From Bdellovibrionales bacterium (lineage in GTDB: Bacteria; Bdellovibrionota; Bdellovibrionia; Bdellovibrionales; JAGQZY01), in the NCBI GenBank assembly GCA_964230645.1, contig CAXRHT010000003.1:160001-224000 (forward strand): a stretch of DNA of 64,000 nt, written 5' to 3'. The position numbers and the translations under genes are program-made. A model generated the notes under the pieces. It was not told the DNA's origin and ran no database searches. It was given only the letters and a program-made list of their open reading frames with translations. This document shows positions 28,819 to 37,758 of the stretch, one piece after another. Numbering within the stretch: the first letter of the stretch is position 1; each line of letters starts with the position of its first letter.

Positions 28819-30180
28819 ATGAGTGGAATGCAAGAACAAATAGATAAAACGATTCAAACACTTGTTGAACAACAAACAAAACACAATGAATCCATCGAAG
28901 GAATTCGACCGGCCGATCCTGCTCGAAAAGAAAGACAAGACAAACTGATCGAGGGTTATAATGCGGTCCGTGGCCGTCCTCTTTTCTATAATTATTCTGG
29001 AACTGGGCGCGGACGGGGCCCCTACGTTGAACTTGAGGATGGAAGTGTAAAACTGGATTTCATCAATGGAATTGGAGTGCATATTTTTGGGCATTCTCAC
29101 CCCAAAGTCATCGAAGCGGCTGTACGAGGAAGCTTGCAAGATATTCTTATGCAAGGACACCTTCAAATGAATGAAGAGTACCTGGAATTTGCCAACACTG
29201 TTTTAGATCTTGCGAAAGGAAGTCGTTTAGAACACGGTTGGATTTGCCCCTCAGGCTCTATGGCCAATGAAAATGCATTGAAAATGGCGCGCCAAAAAAA
29301 TACACCGGCTCGCTATATCGTAGCGATGAAAGACTCATTTGCTGGACGAACGACTATGATGGCTGAAGTCACAGATAATCCCAAGTACAAACAAGGTTTA
29401 CCTGAATACGGTGAGGTTCTAAGAGTTCCTTTTTATGATAAGAATGATCCTGATTCTGGTAAGAAAACTCTGGAGCAGTTGAGAAAGCATATCGCCGACC
29501 ACCCGAAGGACATTAGCTGTTTTTATTTTGAACCAATGCTTGGAGAGGGAGGCTATAAAGTCGCTCCGAAAGAGTTTTTTATCCCGCTTTTTGAAGAGTG
29601 TCGTAAGCATGGAATTGCTATTTGGGCCGATGAAGTGCAAACCTTCCTCCGCACGGGCGAGCCCTTTGCTTTTCAAACTTTGGACTTCGCGGAGTATATG
29701 GATATCGTCACCATTGCCAAAACCGCCCAATGTGGAATGACGCTTTATACTGAAGAGTACAATCCCCAGCCGGGTCTGGTTGCGGGGACCTTTGCAAGTT
29801 CAACCCCTTCTCTTCGCTCTGGGACAACAATTATGAAAGAGATGAAAGAGCAGGGTTATTTCGGTAAGAATGGCAAGGTTCACAAAATATATGTGGAGTT
29901 TGTCGAAGAATTAAAAAAGCTTTGTGAGGGATCTTGTCGGGGTCTTTTAAAGGACCCAGAGGGACTTGGGTTGATGGTGGCTGTGACGCCTTTCGACGGT
30001 GATCGTGACAAAATTATTAAGTTGCTCCATAAAATGTACGACAATGGCTTTATAGCGTTTGGTTGTGGAAAAGACCCATTCCGTCTAAGATTTCTTGTCC
30101 CAGCTATTGTTACCAGTGAAGATATCAAAACAGCCTGTAAGATTATTGAACAATCGATATTGGAGCTAAAAGACAGTTAA
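28819..30180 (+). CDS. Class III PLP aminotransferase (ArgD/AstC-like)
   Basis: GHSHP, SGSMANE, FAGRT, EPMLGEGG, DEVQT, PLP Lys in IAKTAQ, and GTF. Confidence 0.88.
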   Translation: MSGMQEQIDKTIQTLVEQQTKHNESIEGIRPADPARKERQDKLIEGYNAVRGRPLFYNYSGTGRGRGPYVELEDGSVKLDFINGIGVHIFGHSHPKVIEAAVRGSLQDILMQGHLQMNEEYLEFANTVLDLAKGSRLEHGWICPSGSMANENALKMARQKNTPARYIVAMKDSFAGRTTMMAEVTDNPKYKQGLPEYGEVLRVPFYDKNDPDSGKKTLEQLRKHIADHPKDISCFYFEPMLGEGGYKVAPKEFFIPLFEECRKHGIAIWADEVQTFLRTGEPFAFQTLDFAEYMDIVTIAKTAQCGMTLYTEEYNPQPGLVAGTFASSTPSLRSGTTIMKEMKEQGYFGKNGKVHKIYVEFVEELKKLCEGSCRGLLKDPEGLGLMVAVTPFDGDRDKIIKLLHKMYDNGFIAFGCGKDPFRLRFLVPAIVTSEDIKTACKIIEQSILELKDS

Positions 30181-31526
30181 TGGATTTCATCGAGGCCTGC
30201 AAAAAAATAATCTCGATTGATAGCACACCCAGCAATGGAACCGGAGAAGTCAGTCGCTTTATCAAGTCATTGGCAGAATCCTTAGGCTTCCAAGTGCACC
30301 TTGAAGAGGTTGTGCAGAGAGGGATTGAAGAGGCCAATGTCATTTGTTTTCCTAAAGAAAAGTCTTCTAAAGTTCACCTTATGCTGCAAACTCATCTGGA
30401 TACGGTTGATCCTGGATCCTTTGCTCACTGGGAGAAAACCGGTAAGAACCCTTTTCATGCGACAATCCACGATTCAAAAATTTATGGTCTTGGTGTTGCC
30501 GACACAAAAATAGATTTTCTTTGTAAGCTTTATGCAGCAAAAGAATTTATTGGAAAAGACTTGAAACACAGTTTCGCAGTGGTTGGAACCTATGGCGAAG
30601 AGTACAATATGAATGGTTCCATTCGATTGATCCGTCATAAAACTTTGCTTGCTGACAGAGTTCTAGTGAGTGAGCCTACTAATTTTGATCTTATAACTGC
30701 CGGCAAAGGGCTTGCGAATATAGAAATAACCATTCCATTTTCAAAAGAAGAGATGGAAGCGAAGGTGGCCCATGACAGTGGAGAAGGGCAGAGCACTCAG
30801 TGCAAAATATTTAAAGGAGTTCCGGCTCACTCGTCTCAGCCTCTTAAGGGTGTGAACGCTATAGAGGAGCTTTTCAGGTATATGGAAAATCTGCCGGATC
30901 AAATTCTTCTTTTAGAAGTCGATGGAGGTACAAACTACAATACGATACCCGTTCAGAGTCTCATTGAGTTTGACCTAGTCACTTTGAAGTCTATGACTGT
31001 GAATCAAAAGGTGCTAAAAATTTATCGAAAAATCCTTTCGATGAAAAAAGAATTTGAAAATTTGGAAGATCCACAGTTTGATCCTGCTCAGACAACTTTA
31101 AATATTGGCATGATCCGAACCTACGACGATCATTTGAAAATCATGGGCTGTGTTAGGTGGCCTCCTATTGTGAAAGAAGATACTTACGGCGAGTGGATGG
31201 CCGATCTAAAAAGTTTCTGCGACTCACTGGGTGCTACATTTCGGGTGAGAGATTCCAAAAAGCCATTTTCCGTCAATCCGAAGTCGGATTTTTCCAACAA
31301 GGTGTTTTCAGCGATTTACCAAGACCATGAAGATAGCCAGATATCGACCCAGCCTGTCACGAATGAAGCCAATGTCTTTCATAAATTAGGGCTTGAAGTC
31401 CTTGTCTTTGGCCCAGGTCAAAGAGAAGGGAACTCGCAAACGCCCCATGAATCGATACCCATTGATAATTTGTATAAAGCGATTAAAATTTACCAGAACC
31501 TAATCAATCAGCTTTGCGTTCAATAG
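30180..31526 (+). CDS. M20/M25/M40 metallo-hydrolase (ArgE/DapE-like deacylase)
   Basis: HLDTV, GVADTK, GEE, SEPT and FGPG. Confidence 0.85.
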   Translation: MDFIEACKKIISIDSTPSNGTGEVSRFIKSLAESLGFQVHLEEVVQRGIEEANVICFPKEKSSKVHLMLQTHLDTVDPGSFAHWEKTGKNPFHATIHDSKIYGLGVADTKIDFLCKLYAAKEFIGKDLKHSFAVVGTYGEEYNMNGSIRLIRHKTLLADRVLVSEPTNFDLITAGKGLANIEITIPFSKEEMEAKVAHDSGEGQSTQCKIFKGVPAHSSQPLKGVNAIEELFRYMENLPDQILLLEVDGGTNYNTIPVQSLIEFDLVTLKSMTVNQKVLKIYRKILSMKKEFENLEDPQFDPAQTTLNIGMIRTYDDHLKIMGCVRWPPIVKEDTYGEWMADLKSFCDSLGATFRVRDSKKPFSVNPKSDFSNKVFSAIYQDHEDSQISTQPVTNEANVFHKLGLEVLVFGPGQREGNSQTPHESIPIDNLYKAIKIYQNLINQLCVQ

Positions 31527-31534
31527 GAGTCAAA

Positions 31535-33037
31535 ATGCTAGTCAAAGACCCCATAGCCTTTAAAGGTAACTTTATTCACGGAGAATTCGTCGTTCCAACA
31601 GGAGCGAAAGCCATCAAAAACCAGAGTCCTGGTAATTTGGAAGAAACGGTTTTTGATTTCATTTCCGACCACACTCATGTGGATCAAGCCTGCGAAGCGG
31701 CTCAAAAGGCCTTTCCCGCCTGGTCAGAGCTTACAATTGAAAAGCGCATGGAAACTCTCAACCGAGTTAAAGAGATTTTAGTTTCTCGCCAAGAAGAGCT
31801 CGCTGAAGTTATATCAAGAGAAACGGGTAAGCCACTGTGGGAGACCAAAACAGAGGCCGCGGCTGTGATCGGAAAATTCACTGTGACCTTCGATTATTCT
31901 TTGGAATTGGTTAAAGAGGTGCGTGTGGAAAACGCTACTCCCACGGGTGATGGCTTTATTCGTTATCAACCGCGAGGTGTCTTTGCTGTACTGGGCCCTT
32001 TTAATTTTCCAGCTCACTTACCGAACGGACATATCGTTCCGGCCCTTGTCACAGGAAACTGTGTGGTTTTTAAGCCTTCAGAATTTACACCCGCCACTGC
32101 TCAATTAATGGCTGAGTGTTATCAAGAAGCCGGCGTGCCTGAAGGTGTTTTTAATCTTGTGCAAGGAAATGGAGAGGTGGGGCGCCGCCTGGTTACTCAT
32201 AAAAAAGTGGATGGGATTCTCTTTACAGGCTCCTATGAGACAGGACTGAAAATCACAGAGTCGACAGTACAAGACTACTGGAAAATAAGAGCCCTCGAAA
32301 TGGGGGGTAAGAACTCAACGATTGTTTGGAAGGACGCTGATCTAGAAAAATCAGTCTACGAAAGTTTGATTGGAGTTTACCTCTCAGCCGGTCAAAGATG
32401 CTCATGCACCTCAAGAATATTTCTTCATCCAGAAATTTCAGAGGCTTTCACTGAAATGTTTTATAAGAAAGCCAAGAAGTTAACGATTGGTCACTGGTCG
32501 GAAGACCCATTTATGGGACCGCTCATCAATGAAAAGTCTCTTGATACTTACGTTCGCTTTCAAGATATTGCCGTCCGCGAAGGGGCTGAGAAAATCATGA
32601 GAGGAAAAGCTCTAGAGCTTGATTATAAAGGGTACTATGTCACTCCCAGTATCTATAAAGTAAAAAATTATGATCCTCAGTCGACTTACCAAAACACTGA
32701 AATTTTCGGACCCAACGCGGCTCTTTATGAGGTTTCAGAACTTGAAGAGGCCATTAAAATCACCAACGACAGTGGATTTGGATTGTCCATGGCTATTTTT
32801 ACCAAAGAAAAAGAAAATTACCAGAAGTGTTTGCAGAAAGCTAAAGTAGGACTTCTCAACTGGAATCGGACTACAAATGGGGCCAGTTCCAAGCTTCCTT
32901 TTGGAGGCTATGGTAAATCAGGGAATGATCGTCCATCAGCTCACTTTGCCGTCTACTACTGTACTCGCCCGGTAGCCTCCATTGAGGACACGGGTCAATT
33001 CGATCCGAAAAAGACATTTCCTGGAATGAATTGGTAA
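31535..33037 (+). CDS. astD: Succinylglutamate-semialdehyde dehydrogenase-like aldehyde dehydrogenase
   Basis: AstD-type GPFNFPAHLPNGHIVPAL, ALEMGG, SAGQRC and PFGGYGKSGNDRPSA. Confidence 0.8.
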   Translation: MLVKDPIAFKGNFIHGEFVVPTGAKAIKNQSPGNLEETVFDFISDHTHVDQACEAAQKAFPAWSELTIEKRMETLNRVKEILVSRQEELAEVISRETGKPLWETKTEAAAVIGKFTVTFDYSLELVKEVRVENATPTGDGFIRYQPRGVFAVLGPFNFPAHLPNGHIVPALVTGNCVVFKPSEFTPATAQLMAECYQEAGVPEGVFNLVQGNGEVGRRLVTHKKVDGILFTGSYETGLKITESTVQDYWKIRALEMGGKNSTIVWKDADLEKSVYESLIGVYLSAGQRCSCTSRIFLHPEISEAFTEMFYKKAKKLTIGHWSEDPFMGPLINEKSLDTYVRFQDIAVREGAEKIMRGKALELDYKGYYVTPSIYKVKNYDPQSTYQNTEIFGPNAALYEVSELEEAIKITNDSGFGLSMAIFTKEKENYQKCLQKAKVGLLNWNRTTNGASSKLPFGGYGKSGNDRPSAHFAVYYCTRPVASIEDTGQFDPKKTFPGMNW

Positions 33038-33039
33038 CA

Positions 33040-34086
33040 ATGAAGAAGCTTCTTGTCCTCGTTCTATTTATTGTCGTGATTGTTGTCGGAGCTAAGGTCG
33101 CTCTCCAACTCTATACCAATAAAACTTTAGGACTTAATTCACCTACTATTATCATGATTGATAAGGGCTCAAGTCTAACCCGAGTGGCACAATCTCTATC
33201 CGAAAAGGGGATCATTCAGTATCCCCGCCTTTTCGTAAAAGTTGGGCAATTTTATGGTTATGAATCTATTAAGTATGGAGAGTACGAGTTAAAGCCCTCC
33301 GAAACCTATATGGAGGTTTTAAAAAAGATTGTCAGTGGTGATAACTATAAATATGAGATCACTTTTATTGAAGGTGAACATATGTATCGGTACGCTGAGC
33401 AGCTTGAGGCCAGTGGTCTGACGACAAGGGAGAAGTTTCTCAATCTTGTGCGAAATCAAAAATTTATCATGAGTCTTTTGGGAGAGGCGTTGCCGAGTTT
33501 AGAAGGTTATCTTTTTCCTGAAACCTATCATTTCTCCAAGGTGGACGGGGTTCGAGTGATCGTGTCGACGATGGTGAAAAACTTCTTAGAGGAAACTAAG
33601 GATATAAATTTTCAAAACACAGGGCTTTCTCGCCACGAAACGATTACTCTAGCCAGTATTGTCGAAAAAGAAACAGGAGCGCCTTTTGAAAGGCCACTGA
33701 TTTCCTCCGTTTTCCACAATCGAATGAAAAAACGTATGCGGTTACAAACAGATCCAACAATTATTTACGGTATATTGGATAGCACCGGGAAAGAGCCCAA
33801 AAATATTCGTAAAAAAGATATAACGGCTCGAACCTCTTACAATACTTATGTGATCAGTGGACTCCCTCCAGGGCCCATAGGAAATCCAGGAATTGAGTCC
33901 ATTAGAGCTGCCATCAAACCGGCGGAATCAGAGTTTCTTTATTTCGTCAGCCAAAATGATGGAACTCACAAATTTACAAAGAGCTACAAGGCTCACCTCA
34001 AAGCTGTTGAAAAGTTTCAATTAGATCCAAAAATGCGTGAAGGTAAGTCTTGGCGAGATTTGAAAAAGAGGAACGCTCATCAATGA
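33040..34086 (+). CDS. mltG: Endolytic transglycosylase MltG
   Basis: N-terminal TM, LEGYLFPETY, LASIVEKE, LQTDPT and YNTY...GLPPGPIGNPG. Confidence 0.95.
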   Translation: MKKLLVLVLFIVVIVVGAKVALQLYTNKTLGLNSPTIIMIDKGSSLTRVAQSLSEKGIIQYPRLFVKVGQFYGYESIKYGEYELKPSETYMEVLKKIVSGDNYKYEITFIEGEHMYRYAEQLEASGLTTREKFLNLVRNQKFIMSLLGEALPSLEGYLFPETYHFSKVDGVRVIVSTMVKNFLEETKDINFQNTGLSRHETITLASIVEKETGAPFERPLISSVFHNRMKKRMRLQTDPTIIYGILDSTGKEPKNIRKKDITARTSYNTYVISGLPPGPIGNPGIESIRAAIKPAESEFLYFVSQNDGTHKFTKSYKAHLKAVEKFQLDPKMREGKSWRDLKKRNAHQ

Positions 34087-34517
34087 AGTACGGCATCGTT
34101 CTTTTCCTGATCTCAATAGTGGCCTCTTTTATTCTTTTGAATCCGAAGATTAAATCAAAAACTCTGGAAATCTTTGTCGGTACGGGTAGGGAAGTCCTCT
34201 CTCAGCTGATCATGGAACGTTCGGGGCAAGAGTATAAGATTTTAAAAGTGAAAACCACCGATGGGCTTCTTGTTGAAGTCTATAAGGTCAGTGAGGACGA
34301 TCACTTTCTCCTTTTAGACTCGCAAGCACTGACTGATAAAAAAGACGCGTATTATAAATTTGGGGAAAAGAAACATAACCTCTTCCTCAAAGATATCAAT
34401 GAAGATGGGCAGCCGGAAATTATCCTGCCTTCCCTGGATAAGAATATGAAGGCGCGCTTAAACGTCTTTCTATTTGATCCGGTATCGGAAACATTGCAGA
34501 AAGTCACACAGCACTAG
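34083..34517 (+). CDS. Hypothetical membrane-anchored protein with a DxNxDG loop
   Basis: ATGA overlap with the mltG stop, N-terminal TM and DINEDGQPEI. Confidence 0.7.
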   Translation: MKYGIVLFLISIVASFILLNPKIKSKTLEIFVGTGREVLSQLIMERSGQEYKILKVKTTDGLLVEVYKVSEDDHFLLLDSQALTDKKDAYYKFGEKKHNLFLKDINEDGQPEIILPSLDKNMKARLNVFLFDPVSETLQKVTQH

Positions 34518-34518
34518 T

Positions 34519-34720
34519 ACCTAAAAAGACGAGTGGGGGCCCCTCAAAGCTCATAGGGTTGGGAAACTCCTGGCCTCTCGGCATGCCGACGGGTGCACTT
34601 CGTCTCCCGTCCTGCGCCATTTCATGTCGCAGGCCAAGATACGCAGCGCTCGCGGCTCGAGCCGAGTGTCCAGGAGTTTCCCAACCCTATGACCTTTGAG
34701 GGGTCGTCTTTGTATTAGGT
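34519..34720. repeat. Long inverted-repeat element (MITE/REPIN-like or structured RNA)
   Basis: 23-bp perfect arms at 34551-34573 and 34670-34692. Additional paired blocks: 34540-49/34694-703, 34525-32/34704-11, 34519-24/34715-20 and 34577-82/34661-66. GC-rich core with internal hairpins. Confidence 0.85.
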
Positions 34721-34725
34721 TTGGT

Positions 34726-35406
34726 CTACTTCAACTTTGTTATAAATGAGAAATTGCGGCCGCGTCGCCAGGGGTTTCTTCGGTGGGAATAGTGGAAGGG
34801 GCTTGTGTGGGTGTTTATTGGGCTTTCTTGGACTTCTACTTTTTCAATCGAGTTTATTTCTCTTTTTAGAATTCCTTTTAGATCTATGTAGTAATGATTT
34901 CGTTTATCCAGAGATTGGGTAATGAGTTCTAGTTTTGTTGCGGTTTTTAGACTTAGATTGTGGGGTGATAGTAGATTCTTTGTGAACTCTTCGTTTAGCT
35001 GGAAAGAGGTTTTATGGATATGGGGGCCTATAAAAACTTTTGAGTCTTTGATTGAGTTAATTTCTTTTGTGGCTTCAGAGAAGATCTTTTTCATAAGGCC
35101 TCTCCAGCCAATATGGATGGCTGTGATGGTTTCTTTTTGGCTTATGAAAACGGGGAGGCAGTCGGCGGTTTGGATGAACAAAGGTGTGTTGCTATCTTTG
35201 CTAAAGTGTCCATCTGCCTTGGTTTTTTTTGAACTGGCCTTTATTACAAGATTGCCGTGTATTTGGTGGAGGAAGTGGGCTTGGTTTGGGAAATTAGTTT
35301 CTTTGAAACTTTCGTTTCCAAAAAAAATGATATTGTTTTGGTGGCGGTGGAATTCGCCTTTTTGACCAAGCTTTTCAAATAAATTCAGAGAATCCTGCTT
35401 TTTCAT
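34726..35406 (-). CDS. pgeF: PgeF/YfiH (polyphenol oxidase-like) peptidoglycan editing factor
   Basis: QIHG, ADG, TADCLP, HIGWRG, IGP and YSHRR. Syntenic after rluD. Confidence 0.88.
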   Translation of the reverse strand: MKKQDSLNLFEKLGQKGEFHRHQNNIIFFGNESFKETNFPNQAHFLHQIHGNLVIKASSKKTKADGHFSKDSNTPLFIQTADCLPVFISQKETITAIHIGWRGLMKKIFSEATKEINSIKDSKVFIGPHIHKTSFQLNEEFTKNLLSPHNLSLKTATKLELITQSLDKRNHYYIDLKGILKREINSIEKVEVQESPINTHTSPFHYSHRRNPWRRGRNFSFITKLK

Positions 35407-36343
35407 AAAGGAATTTTAAATCATCTGGGATTTTAGAATCAAATATCATTTCTTTTTTTGTTTTGGGATGGATGAAGCCTAATTCCTTTGCGTGTAGGGC
35501 GAATCGAGTCATCTCCAGAATGTGGCGTTTTAGTTCTTGGTTTTTTAAGTTCTTTGCGACCTTCATTCCATTATAGGTGTCATCACCTACAATTGGATTG
35601 GACTGACTGGAAAGGTGAACTCGGATTTGATGGGTGCGTCCCGTCTCTAGCTGTAGTTCGAAAAGTTGAAAAGGAGAGTTTTTTGCCAGTGTTTTAAAGT
35701 GGGTCACGGCGTGTTTTCCTTCTTCACGGTCGTTTATTTTAAATCTCTGACGATTTCTTGGGTCTCTTGCGATATAGGTCTCGATAGTACCACTCTCTAG
35801 TGGTTGATGGGAAAAGCAAAGAGCCCAATATTTGCGGTGAATACTTTTTCGCTTAAACTGTTTTGCTAGGATTTCGTGGGATTCTTTGTTTTTTGCTAAA
35901 ACTAGGAGTCCGCTTGTGCCTTTATCGATTCTGTGGACAAGGCCGGGTCTAAAATCGTCGCTACCGGGTGAGAGTTGGGTTTTACGGTGAAGAAGGGCGT
36001 TGATGAGAGTATCGGATTCGTGGCCGTAGGAGGGATGCACAACCAATCCACCTGGCTTGTTAATAATAATAACATCGTCGTCTTCATAGGTAATATCTAA
36101 TGGGAAGTCATAGGGTAGGAGCTCTAAATCTCGCTTCTCGGGAACCAAGACCTCTAAGTCATCTCCGGATTGTAGTTGGTAGGACGATTTTTCAGTTTTG
36201 CCGTTAACGAAAACTTTCTTTTCAGACACTAGTTTTTGAGCTTTTGATCTTGATTGGCAGACACCGGCTGTGGTGAGGCCCACATCCAGCCTCTGGCCAT
36301 GAAGGGTTGCTGCAACCTTTAGTTTTTTGCGGACTTCATGCAT
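35375..36343 (-). CDS. rluD: 23S rRNA pseudouridine synthase RluD
   Basis: S4 domain, INKPGGLVVHP, VHRIDKGTSG, TGRTHQIRVH and ALHA. Confidence 0.93.
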   Translation of the reverse strand: MHEVRKKLKVAATLHGQRLDVGLTTAGVCQSRSKAQKLVSEKKVFVNGKTEKSSYQLQSGDDLEVLVPEKRDLELLPYDFPLDITYEDDDVIIINKPGGLVVHPSYGHESDTLINALLHRKTQLSPGSDDFRPGLVHRIDKGTSGLLVLAKNKESHEILAKQFKRKSIHRKYWALCFSHQPLESGTIETYIARDPRNRQRFKINDREEGKHAVTHFKTLAKNSPFQLFELQLETGRTHQIRVHLSSQSNPIVGDDTYNGMKVAKNLKNQELKRHILEMTRFALHAKELGFIHPKTKKEMIFDSKIPDDLKFLYEKAGFSEFI

Positions 36344-36977
36344 TTTTTAAAATAGACATGAAAGAAGGAACGACTTTGCTTTCATCTAAATCAAGTATGC
36401 GGCAGTATTGAATAATATAACCTCTAACGAAAACAGGGGCTGGTAGTACAGAGAAATTGTTGTTTTCGATCGCGTACAGGTGACGAATTGCAATACATGT
36501 CGCCTGAGAGAATTGATTGAGCCCTATATTTTTATACTCTCTGACCTTCTTTAGGAAAAGGCCGTCAAAAAGATCTTGAGAGGCTATGAGTTCTTCCATC
36601 TTATTTTTAACTTCGTACTGACTTAATTTTGTGCGGGCAAAACCTTCCGGAAGGGGAGTTTCATTTAAAGTATCGATCGAGGCTCGTTTGGCGTCCTTTT
36701 TCTCTGTGATTTCAAAGCCTGGTAGAGCGGGATTTATTTTGTCCTGTAACTCAAGATCATATTCTCTACGAGCATTCGGGGAGCCAATCACTCGATAAGC
36801 CTCTTCGATAAGATCTAACCAATCCTGGGCTTCTTCTTCGGAGAACACATTGAAAAGTTGAGTATTATTTAATGAAAATGTTTCTTGAGCTTCTTTATAG
36901 GCTTTAAAAATTCGATGTTGATCCGCCGTTGGGGGGACATCGAGTATTTCATAATAATTCAGTGCTTCCGTGCTCAT
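36336..36977 (-). CDS. J-domain-like N-terminus fused to a RodZ-type (HTH_25) helix-turn-helix
   Basis: NYYEILDV...AYRVIG...RREYD. C-terminal GLFLKKVRE...AIE...LPAPVFVRGYIIQYC. Confidence 0.75.
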   Translation of the reverse strand: MSTEALNYYEILDVPPTADQHRIFKAYKEAQETFSLNNTQLFNVFSEEEAQDWLDLIEEAYRVIGSPNARREYDLELQDKINPALPGFEITEKKDAKRASIDTLNETPLPEGFARTKLSQYEVKNKMEELIASQDLFDGLFLKKVREYKNIGLNQFSQATCIAIRHLYAIENNNFSVLPAPVFVRGYIIQYCRILDLDESKVVPSFMSILKNA

Positions 36978-37074
36978 AACTAAAAGAGTAGCATAAGGAA
37001 ACAGCTGAGCGGAAATATCGTTAACATAGCGAACGCAGAGCGTAAATCTCGCCATTAGTCTAGGTGAGTTTCTT

Positions 37075-37758
37075 CTAACTGTTTTGTTTTAATTTTTCCT
37101 CGGGTGCGGAGGCTTTAATATATAGAGGTTGTACTTGGTTCCAAGTGAGTGAACCTTTATTTAAACAAAAATTATCTTTTCCAAAAAGTTTTTTTAAGTC
37201 CATCTTCAACCACTCTGGCTGGCTTTTTAACTTTTTTAAAAGCTCCTGATCTAGAACATTTTTATATTTATCAAGACCATGTCCACAATAGTAAATCGAC
37301 CCGTTAATTAGAGTATGCAATTCTTTTATTGGAACAACCTTGTTGGAAATTATGGAAACGCGTTTATCCTGTTTCCACGAATAAGTGGAACAAAATACAG
37401 AATTTTTTTGGGCGTCGATCAATGAAACAATTGGGTGGTCGGATTTGGTACAGTTCATCGCCAGTAAATCCAAGCTATTGACAGGAAAGATAGGGACGGC
37501 GTTTACATAGGCTAGGGTTTTAGCAAAACTTACTCCGACTCTCAAACCAGTAAAGCTCCCAGGGCCAACCACACAGTAGAGATTTTTAATTTCAGCACTT
37601 TCAATATTATGCTTATTTAAAAGATTTTCAAACTCAGAGGTTATGACTTCACTGTGAGAGCTTTGTCCTTCCCAGAGAACCTCATCAATGATCTTTTTAT
37701 TTTCGGTAAGAAGCAGCTGACCTCTTTTGTCAGCTGTGTTTATAGCTAATTCTTTCAT
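37075..37758 (-). CDS. tsaB: tRNA t6A biosynthesis protein TsaB
   Basis: LAINT, HSE, GPGSFTGLRVG, DA and P-L-Y. Confidence 0.93.
   Translation of the reverse strand: MKELAINTADKRGQLLLTENKKIIDEVLWEGQSSHSEVITSEFENLLNKHNIESAEIKNLYCVVGPGSFTGLRVGVSFAKTLAYVNAVPIFPVNSLDLLAMNCTKSDHPIVSLIDAQKNSVFCSTYSWKQDKRVSIISNKVVPIKELHTLINGSIYYCGHGLDKYKNVLDQELLKKLKSQPEWLKMDLKKLFGKDNFCLNKGSLTWNQVQPLYIKASAPEEKLKQNS

Noticed and set aside
34519..34720. CRISPR array or 6S RNA
   Set aside because: There are no direct repeats with spacers. The near-perfect arms and multibranch head lack the central open bubble typical of 6S, although an Rfam scan is still advised.
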